Positions 9,089 through 16,780 of a stretch of DNA of 32,000 bases are shown one piece after another. Under the pieces are notes generated by a model. That model searched no databases. It saw only the letters and a program-made list of their open reading frames with translations, and was not told where the DNA came from. Where the stretch lies: assembly GCF_037013405.1 (NCBI RefSeq), contig NZ_CP146064.1:750001-782000 (forward strand), in the 5' to 3' direction. Position numbers and translations under genes: made by a program. This stretch comes from Candidatus Nanosynbacter sp. BB002. GTDB lineage: Bacteria > Patescibacteriota > Saccharimonadia > Saccharimonadales > Saccharimonadaceae. Within the stretch, counting starts at the first letter, position 1. Each line of letters begins with the position of its first letter.

Positions 9089-11165
9089 AATGCTCCCTCA
9101 TGTCAAATTCAGCTTGTTTACCCTTGTTCCACTGGGACGTCGGACGCAAGAAACCAACCACGCGTGAGTAAATTTCAGTCGTTTCATTACAGCTTGGACA
9201 GGTTGGATGCTCACCAACCAAGTAGCCGTGATTCTTACAAATACTGAAGCTTGGGCTGAAGGTGAAGTATGGCAGTTTGTAGTTTTCACAAATCGTCTTC
9301 ACGAGTTTTTTCAGCGTCTGCGGATCATCCATGCGCTCACCCAGGAAGAAGTGAATCACTGTACCGCCCGTGTATTTAGTCTGCAAATTATCTTGCAAAT
9401 CCATCAGCTCAAATAGATCGTCAGTGTAGTTGACCGGCAAGTGGCTGGAGTTGGTGTAGAACGGATGTTTGACCGCTGCACCCAAGCCATTGGCAAAGTG
9501 GGCTCGGTCAGGGAAGCTAGCCTTGTCGAGCTGCGCCAAGCGGTAGGTTGTACCCTCAGCTGGCGTCGCCTCCAGGTTGTAGTTATTGCCCGTTTCTTTC
9601 TGGTATTCCACCAAGCGGTCGCGCATGAAATCAAGCGTTTTCTCGGCAAACGCCTTACCCTTTTCAGTGCCAATGTCAACACCCAGCAGGTTCAACGCCG
9701 CTTCGTTGGTGCCAATCAAACCGATGGTTGAGAAGTGATTTTTCCAGTATTGGTTAAATCGCTGCTTAATGTTGCGCAAGTAAAACTTAGTGTACGGATA
9801 AAGGTTAGCGTCAGTCAATCGCTCCAATACCTTGCGCTTGGTTTCCAGGCTATCTTTCGCCATATCCATCAATTTAGCCAAGCCCTTAAAGAACTCTTTC
9901 TCGTTCTTTGATTTCAGTGCCAAACGTGGCAAGTTGATCGTCACCACACCAACTGAACCAGTCATTGGGTTTGAACCAAACAAGCCACCCCCGCGATATT
10001 CCAGCTGGCGATTATCAATGCGCAGGCGACAGCACATTGAGCGCGCGTCTTCTGGATCCATGTCGGAATTGATAAAGTTTGAGAAATATGGAATGCCATA
10101 CTTGGCGCTGGCTTCCCACAGACTTTCAATCACTGGATTATCCCAGTTGAAATCCTTGGTGATATTAACCGTTGGGATTGGGAAGGTAAAGACTCGGCCA
10201 TTAGCATCACCCTCAGACAAGACCTCCAGCAGCGCCTTGTTGAGCATGTTCATCTCTTCTTGGTAGTCGCCGTAGTTGGTATCCTGCATTTCACCACCGA
10301 TGATCACTGGATTGTCAGCCATGTGCTTTGGACACTCGAGATCAAGCGTAATATTGGTAAACGGTGTTTGGAAACCAACTCGTGTTGGCACATTAACGTT
10401 AAAGACGAATTCTTGCAGCGCCTGCTTCACCTCGTCGTAGTTCAATTTATCAGCGCGAATAAATGGCGCCAGCAGCGTATCAAAATCAGAGAATGCCTGA
10501 GCACCAGCCGCCTCACCCTGCAAGGTGTAGAAGAAGTTTACCACCTGGCCCAAGGCTGAGCGGAAATGTTTAGCTGGCTTAGACGCCACCTTGCCGGCAA
10601 CACCCGTGAAACCTTCTTGCAGCAGATCAGTCAAATCCCAACCAACACAGTACACACTGAGGAGATTCAGGTCGTGAATATGCAAATCACCCTCTTTGTG
10701 TGCCTGACCAATCTTTGATGTGTAAATTTTGTCCAGCCAGTAAGTCTTCGTAACTTCCGCCGATACGTAATTATTCAACCCCTGTAGGCTGTAGCCCATG
10801 TTGGAGTTCTCATTCACCTTCCAGTCCAGGTTACCAATATATTGATCGATTAAATCGACATGTGCGTTAGATGTAATTTCGCGCAATTTTTTGTGCTGGT
10901 CACGGTAGATGATGTAGGCCTTAGCAGTTTTCTTAAACTTAGAATCAATCAACGTATCCTCGACGATATCCTGGATATCTTCAACGTCTGGTAATTGTTT
11001 TTGGTTGCGAACTTCCAGTACCGCCAATACTTTTTCGGTCAGTTCCTTGGCTGTTTTTTTGTCAAATTCGCCAGTCTCCAAGCCCGCTTTTTCAATGGCT
11101 TTTTCGATTTTTTTGCGATCAAATTTGACGGTGCGACCATCACGTTTTTTGATTGATTTGTACAT
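9036..11165 (-). CDS. nrdD: Anaerobic ribonucleoside-triphosphate reductase, class III
   Basis: 709 aa. N-terminal ATP-cone (MYKSIKKRDGRTVKFDRKKIEKAIEKA). C-terminal Zn-ribbon CPSC...C and glycyl-radical region SRVVGFLRP. AAGGAGGGG RBS. Confidence 0.92.
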   Translation of the reverse strand: MYKSIKKRDGRTVKFDRKKIEKAIEKAGLETGEFDKKTAKELTEKVLAVLEVRNQKQLPDVEDIQDIVEDTLIDSKFKKTAKAYIIYRDQHKKLREITSNAHVDLIDQYIGNLDWKVNENSNMGYSLQGLNNYVSAEVTKTYWLDKIYTSKIGQAHKEGDLHIHDLNLLSVYCVGWDLTDLLQEGFTGVAGKVASKPAKHFRSALGQVVNFFYTLQGEAAGAQAFSDFDTLLAPFIRADKLNYDEVKQALQEFVFNVNVPTRVGFQTPFTNITLDLECPKHMADNPVIIGGEMQDTNYGDYQEEMNMLNKALLEVLSEGDANGRVFTFPIPTVNITKDFNWDNPVIESLWEASAKYGIPYFSNFINSDMDPEDARSMCCRLRIDNRQLEYRGGGLFGSNPMTGSVGVVTINLPRLALKSKNEKEFFKGLAKLMDMAKDSLETKRKVLERLTDANLYPYTKFYLRNIKQRFNQYWKNHFSTIGLIGTNEAALNLLGVDIGTEKGKAFAEKTLDFMRDRLVEYQKETGNNYNLEATPAEGTTYRLAQLDKASFPDRAHFANGLGAAVKHPFYTNSSHLPVNYTDDLFELMDLQDNLQTKYTGGTVIHFFLGERMDDPQTLKKLVKTICENYKLPYFTFSPSFSICKNHGYLVGEHPTCPSCNETTEIYSRVVGFLRPTSQWNKGKQAEFDMREHYDDAAEHQRVNAVAVPA

Positions 11166-11249
11166 ACCCCTCCTTATTATGGCAGCAACAAACAGACCCC
11201 AACCTCCCCTAGGGGTGCGTGTTGCAAAAAACGTTATTTATTTTCTAAA

Positions 11250-11304
11250 ACACCATATGTAGTGCTTAATATAGAATATACACGCGATATATAGCGTCTG
11301 TCAA
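11250..11304 (-). promoter_or_regulatory. nrdD promoter (TTGACA-18-TATATT) with two NrdR-box-like 16-bp palindromes
   Basis: On the minus strand, -35 TTGACA is at 11304-11299 and -10 TATATT is at 11280-11275. Box A (11282-11297, ACGCGATATATAGCGT on plus) fills the spacer. Box B (11250-11265, ACACCATATGTAGTGC) lies just downstream of the -10. The boxes start 32 bp apart. Both resemble the published NrdR consensus acaCwAtATaTwGtgt. Confidence 0.55.
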
Positions 11305-11323
11305 TGAAAGTACATTGTATTAT

Positions 11324-11863
11324 TTACATGTGAGACGCGGAAGATGTTGTTCCCTCTGATAATGCCAAAACGTCGCGGCGAATCATATCAACAATTTCTG
11401 CCTGGACTTGCTTCTCGCCAATTCGCTGCTCACCTGGCACACCTAAAATATCTTGGTCTTTCCACCACTGGCGCATTTCCGCTTCGCCAAATTCATGAGC
11501 GTTTGGCTTCGTGGCGTGGCGGCGCACCGTTTCCTCAAACGATACGTCAAAATAATAAATCAATTTTTCGCCCTGAAAATCATTCAGCAGCTGGTGCAGC
11601 ATCGCGCCGTATCTTTTATTGCTCAAAATACCTTCCAGAATCACCGTATATCCAACGTTATTGCCATACATACACAGATCATAAATCAGCTGAATCGCCG
11701 GGTTGTTTTCACTGTCTTTCACGCGAAGTATTTCCCGGCGCACCACATCCTGCGACACCAACATCGTGCCGTAGCCTAGTTGACGCTGGAGTAGGCGCGC
11801 CGTGCTGGTTTTACCGCAACCAGAATTACCGCGGAGAATGATTAGCGGATGAGAGGTCGTCAC
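11324..11863 (-). CDS. P-loop kinase-like protein (AAA_33/zeta-toxin-like fold)
   Basis: 179 aa with Walker A GNSGCGKTS near the N-terminus. The GTG start overlaps the stop of the upstream phosphotransferase (GTGA). Confidence 0.6.
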   Translation of the reverse strand: MTTSHPLIILRGNSGCGKTSTARLLQRQLGYGTMLVSQDVVRREILRVKDSENNPAIQLIYDLCMYGNNVGYTVILEGILSNKRYGAMLHQLLNDFQGEKLIYYFDVSFEETVRRHATKPNAHEFGEAEMRQWWKDQDILGVPGEQRIGEKQVQAEIVDMIRRDVLALSEGTTSSASHM

Positions 11864-12870
11864 GTGTACTCCAATAAATCATAAGCGGTGGCCGCTGACA
11901 GCGCCTGCATTTGGCGAAGATTATCACCTGGCTGGAGCGGCGGCTTGAGGCTGCGGATGAGATAAAAGCCAATAAACGCCGCCAGCATTTCCGTATTCAG
12001 TTCGTCTAGCCATGGTGTTACATCCTGACCATGCCGCGCCATGTCGACCAGAAACTCCGTCGCCCCAGACCTTCGCGGCGCATAGGAAGCCCAATTCCAA
12101 TCAACTAATTTCAACTCACCAGTTTGCGGATGAAACGCCAAATTATCACTGCGCACATCACTGTGATTAAAACAATCTTCTGGCTGTTTGACGAAGTGTT
12201 TGGCACGTACCGAAATATCGGCTAATTCATCGCTCCTACCGAGTAATTCCATCATCTTCTGGCAGCGCCACTGGTTAACTTCTGATTGCTCTGGCAATAA
12301 TATTCGGTAGTTATCAATCAACTGACGGCGAATATCAGCCTCAGCAATAACTCGATCAATACCGTCATCCAAGCCAAGCTCCGCCGCTACAAATGGTTGC
12401 AACTGCAGTTCCTCAATCACCTCGTATGGTAACTCTGTTCTTTCCAACTCGCGAATTGCCGCTACCACCGCCGAAATATACCGCTTGGCCACAGATTTTT
12501 CCGCTGGCGGCCGCCACAACCAGCCGTCGGCCGACACATAACTGGTTGTCATCAGCACATGTCCATCACCAGCCAACGTAGTCCAATCAGCCACATATTG
12601 CGGGTGAATTTTCTGCAACATCCGCATCACTTCATAATCTTTTTTCAACCAAGCTAACTCAGTCTCGCCATCATCAGGCAGTAAATCAACATCAACCTCT
12701 TTGACAAAAATCGTCCGATCGCCCGCCGACACCAAGGCGCGGCGATTACGCGAAAAGCCGCCGCTCACCGAGGTAATTTGTAAATCAGATACATCGACAC
12801 CGAGCTCCGCTACAGCACACTGCAATGATCTGTCGGTCAGCAACTTATCAGGGCGAGGCAAGGTTTCCAT
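11860..12870 (-). CDS. Phosphotransferase enzyme family protein (APH/choline-kinase-like)
   Basis: 336 aa. Brenner-type catalytic motif HSDVRSDNLAF, followed by LVDWNWA (metal-binding Asp region). Confidence 0.6.
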   Translation of the reverse strand: METLPRPDKLLTDRSLQCAVAELGVDVSDLQITSVSGGFSRNRRALVSAGDRTIFVKEVDVDLLPDDGETELAWLKKDYEVMRMLQKIHPQYVADWTTLAGDGHVLMTTSYVSADGWLWRPPAEKSVAKRYISAVVAAIRELERTELPYEVIEELQLQPFVAAELGLDDGIDRVIAEADIRRQLIDNYRILLPEQSEVNQWRCQKMMELLGRSDELADISVRAKHFVKQPEDCFNHSDVRSDNLAFHPQTGELKLVDWNWASYAPRRSGATEFLVDMARHGQDVTPWLDELNTEMLAAFIGFYLIRSLKPPLQPGDNLRQMQALSAATAYDLLEYT

Positions 12871-12958
12871 ATGGAAATTATAACATTTACCATATACCTG
12901 TTCTATTGCGCCATATAATCAGGCAGATATATACCAGGTCATATAACGACATTCTGTA

Positions 12959-13738
12959 TCACACTCCCGTGTCTCGCCGATAAAATCCGATCACTGCCAC
13001 GCCAAGTGACACCAAACTCACACAAACCAAAATGACCAATTTCCCTAAGTCTAATCCGTCCATCAAAGTACCTGGGATATTGTAGTAATGGATCAGCGAC
13101 CAAACGTCGTAATCTTTCCAGCTTTCGATCAACTTGGCGGTAATCGACAGGGCGTACATTGCTAGAAAAAGCAGGCTGCCAACGCCAACAGCCAGCCCGC
13201 GCTTTCCCGTCACCGCCTGAGTGACAAAGGTGAGGCTACCAAAACTAAGCCCCAAAAACCACAAACTCACACAAGCCCCAGCAACGTGCGTGAGGTTTGG
13301 ATGAAAGTCAAACAGCGGACCGATGAGCGCAATGGTCATACACAGCAGCACCGGAGGAATTACCAATAACCCCGCCATCGCCGCATATTTTTGCAGTACA
13401 ATCATCACGCGAGTCCGTCGACTAGCGAGGAGTAACTCCAATGTCCCCGAATCCTCTTCCCGACCAATTACCCCAGCGCCCAAAATAATCGCTGTAATCA
13501 CCACCCCGACCATCGCCACCAGTGGAAATAGCTCAATACTCAGCCAGCCTTCTGGCGTGGTGCCAATCGCCAAGTCACCAACCACCGCTTTCATACCAGC
13601 CGGCATCATGCTGACAAACGGACTTAATTGATCGCTAAATTTATTGAATAGCGCTGAAAACAACACCGCCACAACACTAATGCCAATACCCAAAAACAGC
13701 GGCAGTTTGTAATTTTGCCGCACTGTCTGCCACATCAT
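12959..13738 (-). CDS. ABC-2 type transporter permease
   Basis: 259 aa with about 6 hydrophobic helices. 4-nt overlap with the upstream ABC ATPase gene. Confidence 0.7.
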   Translation of the reverse strand: MMWQTVRQNYKLPLFLGIGISVVAVLFSALFNKFSDQLSPFVSMMPAGMKAVVGDLAIGTTPEGWLSIELFPLVAMVGVVITAIILGAGVIGREEDSGTLELLLASRRTRVMIVLQKYAAMAGLLVIPPVLLCMTIALIGPLFDFHPNLTHVAGACVSLWFLGLSFGSLTFVTQAVTGKRGLAVGVGSLLFLAMYALSITAKLIESWKDYDVWSLIHYYNIPGTLMDGLDLGKLVILVCVSLVSLGVAVIGFYRRDTGV

Positions 13739-14640
13739 CGCTTTGCCTCCTCACCTTCATAATACCGCATGAATAATTCCTCTAGTTCTAACTCTGATTC
13801 GCGCAATAGTTTTGGTTTATATTCGGCGATGAACGAGACAAATTCCGCTGCGTCGCCTTTGACGGTGAATTCGTATTCGTCGCCACGGTGTTGAACATCG
13901 GTGATGGATGGTAATTTTTTAGCTGCCGCCAGGGACGGTTTTTTAGCAAAGGTCACAATGTAGCGGTGTGTTGACAGGTGCTTCATGGTCACGATGTGTT
14001 CAATGGCAATCAATTTTCCATCGCGAATAAAGCCAGCACGGTGGCAAATCTTTTGCACTTCAGCCAGGTCGTGGCTACTAACAAACACTGTGGCGCCTTG
14101 CTCGGAAACTTCGCGCACCAAATCGTAAAATACCTGCTTCATCAGCGGGTCTAGCCCGCTGGTCGGCTCATCCAAAATTAGCAGTTTCGGGCGGTGCATA
14201 AAGGCTTGAATTAGACCAATTTTCTGACGATTACCCTTGGAAAGCTGACGAATCGGTCGATCCAGCACTGCCTCAAAACGCTCAGCTAACTCATCAACAT
14301 ATTGCCAATCAACCTTCCGACCCGTCCGCGCCAAAAACTTCAGCAATTTCCGGCCAGTCATAGTTTCATACAGCGCAATGTCGCCCGCCAGATACCCAAC
14401 CTGATCATGAAGGGCTGTTCGTTCCGCGGAATTCCGTCCACCCAGCAACTCTACCCAGCCATCCGTCGGCCTCAAAAAATCCATCACCGACCGAATCGTT
14501 GTACTTTTACCCGCACCATTCGGCCCAAGAAAACCAAACACCTCACCTTCATGCAGCTCCAGCGATACATTGTCGACTGCCAGCTTATGACCAAAGCGCT
14601 TGGTCAGCCCGTGTAATATCAGCGGTGAAGTATCACTCAT
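13735..14640 (-). CDS. ABC transporter ATP-binding protein
   Basis: Walker A GPNGAGKST, signature LSKGNRQKIGL, Walker B LLILDEPTSGLD, H-loop SSHD. AAAAGGAG RBS. Confidence 0.9.
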   Translation of the reverse strand: MSDTSPLILHGLTKRFGHKLAVDNVSLELHEGEVFGFLGPNGAGKSTTIRSVMDFLRPTDGWVELLGGRNSAERTALHDQVGYLAGDIALYETMTGRKLLKFLARTGRKVDWQYVDELAERFEAVLDRPIRQLSKGNRQKIGLIQAFMHRPKLLILDEPTSGLDPLMKQVFYDLVREVSEQGATVFVSSHDLAEVQKICHRAGFIRDGKLIAIEHIVTMKHLSTHRYIVTFAKKPSLAAAKKLPSITDVQHRGDEYEFTVKGDAAEFVSFIAEYKPKLLRESELELEELFMRYYEGEEAKR

Positions 14641-14671
14641 AACGACTCCTTTTAGTCATCATTTGCTATGG

Positions 14672-14709
14672 TTTCAGTATATTATAGCCATACTGAAAGA
14701 TTAAAGCAA
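14672..14709 (-). promoter_or_regulatory. 9-bp inverted repeat with an embedded candidate promoter for the ABC operon
   Basis: TTTCAGTAT (14672-14680) pairs with ATACTGAAA (14690-14698) around a 9-nt loop. On the minus strand, TATAAT (14686-14681) sits in the loop. A weak -35 TTGCTT (14709-14704) lies 17 nt upstream and overlaps the ASCH stop codon. Confidence 0.3.
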
Positions 14710-15075
14710 TGAGCGAACTTCCACTGCTAGCACGCCATAATGTTTTTGGTCAGCAGCAGAATAATATTTGTTGTATTCGGCAGCGGCAGCTTCGGCACTG
14801 GTGGCGTGCGGAATAACACGGTGGTAACCCTCGGCCTGCACCATTTCTAAAAAGGAATTGTAGTGGCGGATAGCGATAATCTCCACGCGTGCTTGATCTG
14901 GTTCGCCGTCGTGTAGTATTCCTTCGGCATCGCGAATATCGCGGCGCAGGTGAATCTTATCGCCGACTCGGTACTCGGCAAACTTTCCGCGATTCAATCG
15001 ACCTTCAACCGTCTTCCGCCCGGCGATAATATCGTCGAGTAATTTTGATTCTCGTCCTGAGTGCCAGATTTTCAT
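14701..15075 (-). CDS. ASCH (PUA-like) domain protein
   Basis: 124 aa. The N-terminal ...LLDDIIAGRKTVEGRL...VGDKIHL pattern is typical of ASCH domains. Confidence 0.55.
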   Translation of the reverse strand: MKIWHSGRESKLLDDIIAGRKTVEGRLNRGKFAEYRVGDKIHLRRDIRDAEGILHDGEPDQARVEIIAIRHYNSFLEMVQAEGYHRVIPHATSAEAAAAEYNKYYSAADQKHYGVLAVEVRSLL

Positions 15076-15236
15076 AATTCCTACAATGTTGTATCTTTTT
15101 TATAGTTTTTCTTAAATCCTAGCCAGCAGCGGTGTCATAGTAAAATTATAGCACGGCCAGCCTATAAAAGTGTTTCTGCTAGGCATGCCTACCAAGCTAC
15201 AATAAAATCTTTAGGTTAGGCAAACCTTAAACGGCC

Positions 15237-15264
15237 ATCGCCTGCATCTCCGGCCAAATTCGCT
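15237..15264. repeat. 28-nt dispersed repeat, copy 1 (partner 16781-16808)
   Basis: ATCGCCTG-nnnn-TCCGGCCAAATTCGCT, 24/28 identical. The four central differences are all transitions. Confidence 0.6.
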
Positions 15265-15349
15265 GCACCAGCCGTTTGCCACGTGTGGTTAGCCGCACCC
15301 AAGCGTCGCCATAAGCCTGGTCGATTGCCATCAATCCCTTATGCCGCAA

Positions 15350-15442
15350 GTCCGCCAGCCAATCGTCCAGTTCATCTGCATCACCGTCACTGGCCTGTGG
15401 ATTTTACAACCAGTCGTCATATGGTTGCTCATCCAATTGCTC
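15350..15442 (+). pseudogene. gtrA-like gene fragment (about 31 codons), paralogous to 25183-25275
   Basis: Hand alignment gives 77/93 identical nt. The plus-frame translation VRQPIVQFICITVTGLWILQPVVIWLLIQLL aligns with the intact GtrA segment DRQPIVQFIGITLTGLWVLQPTAIWLLIQLF. No start codon or other GtrA sequence surrounds it. It lies antisense to the kinase stub. Confidence 0.65.
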
Positions 15443-15564
15443 CAGGACAACCAGCACACTCAGCCAATAGCCAACCAGTAACATCATGCTATTGAGTGCC
15501 GCCAGCGACAACGTCATGATCACCGCCAGATAGCTCAGTGCCAGGCGTCTGACGCACTGCCGTT

Positions 15565-16228
15565 TCATGATTTGTCCTCTAGTTTATAGCCAAAACCCGG
15601 GACGGTGTGGATCAGTTTTGAGCCGAATGGCTTATCGATTTTGCGCCGCAAAAACATGATGAATAGTTCAACGTTATTCGGCAAGATATCGGCATCAAAA
15701 TCCCATACGTGTGAGATGATTTGCTCTTTGGACAGAACCTTGTCGGCGTTACGTATCAGATATTCCAACACAGCATATTCTTTGGCAGTCAGGCTAATTT
15801 CCTGATTCGACCGCGTCACTTTTTTCAAACTCGGATCAAGCGTCAAATCACCAACCCACAAGACTTCTTCCAGCTTCTCGTTCGGGCGACGCAGCAAGGC
15901 ACGAAGACGCGCCAATACTAAACGGCTTCGCCAAATAATCATCAGCACCCACGTCCAAGCCTTCGACAATATCCCGCTCAGCATCACGCGCCGTCAACAT
16001 CAAAATCAGCGTCTGATTACCGTCTTGACATAGCGCCCGGCACACTTCATAACCATTCATCTCCGGCAGCATCACATCGAGAATAATCACATCATAGTCA
16101 TCCGCCGTCGCCGTTCAGTAGCCCTCGTCACCGTCATGCGCCACGTCAACTGCATAGGCTTCGTCTTCCAAGCCTTCCTTCAGCGACCGGGCGATGGACA
16201 CGTCATCTTCTACTAGTAAAATCCGCAT
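15565..16228 (-). pseudogene. OmpR-family response regulator inactivated by an in-frame TGA and a frameshifting deletion
   Basis: MRILLVEDDVSIARSLKEGLEDEAYAVDVAHDGDEGY, then TGA (16117-16115), then ...[18 protein letters not shown]...[27 protein letters not shown]. The frame then shifts near 15915-15925, where the canonical xxEL residues are missing. It continues [10 protein letters not shown]...winged-helix...GFGYKLE. The ORF track shows it as two overlapping ORFs plus an unlisted N-terminal piece. Confidence 0.85.
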
Positions 16229-16231
16229 ATC

Positions 16232-16765
16232 CTACCCCAGCATCTTCCCTAACGTATCAAATGTTCGCCCATTGCGGATAGTGATTGATGAGTAAAACTT
16301 TTCTTTCATTAGTAATTTATGGTATGACGTACGCAAAAATTCTTGCTCGCTATATTTACCCCAAAATACCGCCTTTTTACCAAAATGAATGATTTCATCA
16401 TGAAGTGGCATTTGACCAATCCGCTCCTTGATATACTCAGGATCGACGTCATCGGTATAGAATAATACGTCTTTTCGCGCCAAAGGCTGGTGCCACCACT
16501 CTGGTAGACCAGACACTTCACCTAAATACTCTTCTTTCGTCAGAATGACGTGCTTGATGGTAAACGGAAAACACCCTAACATGCCAGCAATATTCTTTTT
16601 GATTGTCGTCAGGTCATCATCAGTGTCAAATATAACATTACCACTATTGATATACGTGACGACATGCTGATACCCCAAATCTTCGAGACTTGCCGTAAGG
16701 TCGTTCATCGAGACTTTATTTTTACCGCCAACATTGACACCCCGAAGCAACAAGATATATCTCAT
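16232..16765 (-). CDS. DUF1697 domain protein
   Basis: MRYILLLRGVNVGGKNKVSMNDL is the hallmark N-terminus of DUF1697. I prefer the ATG at 16765 over the TTG at 16801. Confidence 0.75.
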   Translation of the reverse strand: MRYILLLRGVNVGGKNKVSMNDLTASLEDLGYQHVVTYINSGNVIFDTDDDLTTIKKNIAGMLGCFPFTIKHVILTKEEYLGEVSGLPEWWHQPLARKDVLFYTDDVDPEYIKERIGQMPLHDEIIHFGKKAVFWGKYSEQEFLRTSYHKLLMKEKFYSSITIRNGRTFDTLGKMLG

Positions 16766-16780
16766 ATTCTTTAGTATACT

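Larger units (their letters stand above)
15227..15568 (-). pseudogene. Remnant locus: sensor histidine kinase N-terminal stub (54 codons) followed in frame, after one TAA, by 58 further codons
   Basis: The ATG (15568-15566) overlaps the response-regulator stop as ATGA. The stub MKRQCVRRLALSYLAVIMTLSLAALNSMMLL looks like the N-terminal TM helix of a cognate kinase. There is no HisKA or HATPase sequence. TAA at 15406-15404. The frame stays open to the TAA at 15229-15227. Confidence 0.6.

Noticed and set aside
11207-11216. CCCCTAGGGG palindrome in the nrdD leader as a regulatory site or riboswitch element.
   Set aside because: It is a loop-less 10-bp palindrome with no recognisable riboswitch context. 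I noted it but cannot support a function.
15350-15442. The gtrA fragment and the intact gtrA segment as a diversity-generating retroelement template/variable repeat pair.
   Set aside because: The mismatches are mostly transitions and are not confined to adenine positions. No reverse transcriptase gene is present in the window.
15283-15495. 70-aa plus-strand ORF in the decay zone.
   Set aside because: Its frame differs from the gtrA-homologous frame. Its translation is Pro/His/Arg-rich with no RBS. The region is better explained as gene remnants.
16115-16117. The in-frame TGA inside the response regulator could indicate a TGA-recoding genetic code, as in some candidate-phyla bacteria.
   Set aside because: TGA clearly terminates several well-formed genes here: the crtI-like gene at 242-244, the FNR-like gene, the APH-like gene and the regulator itself at 15565-15567. 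The same gene also carries a frameshift. A pseudogene is the simpler explanation.
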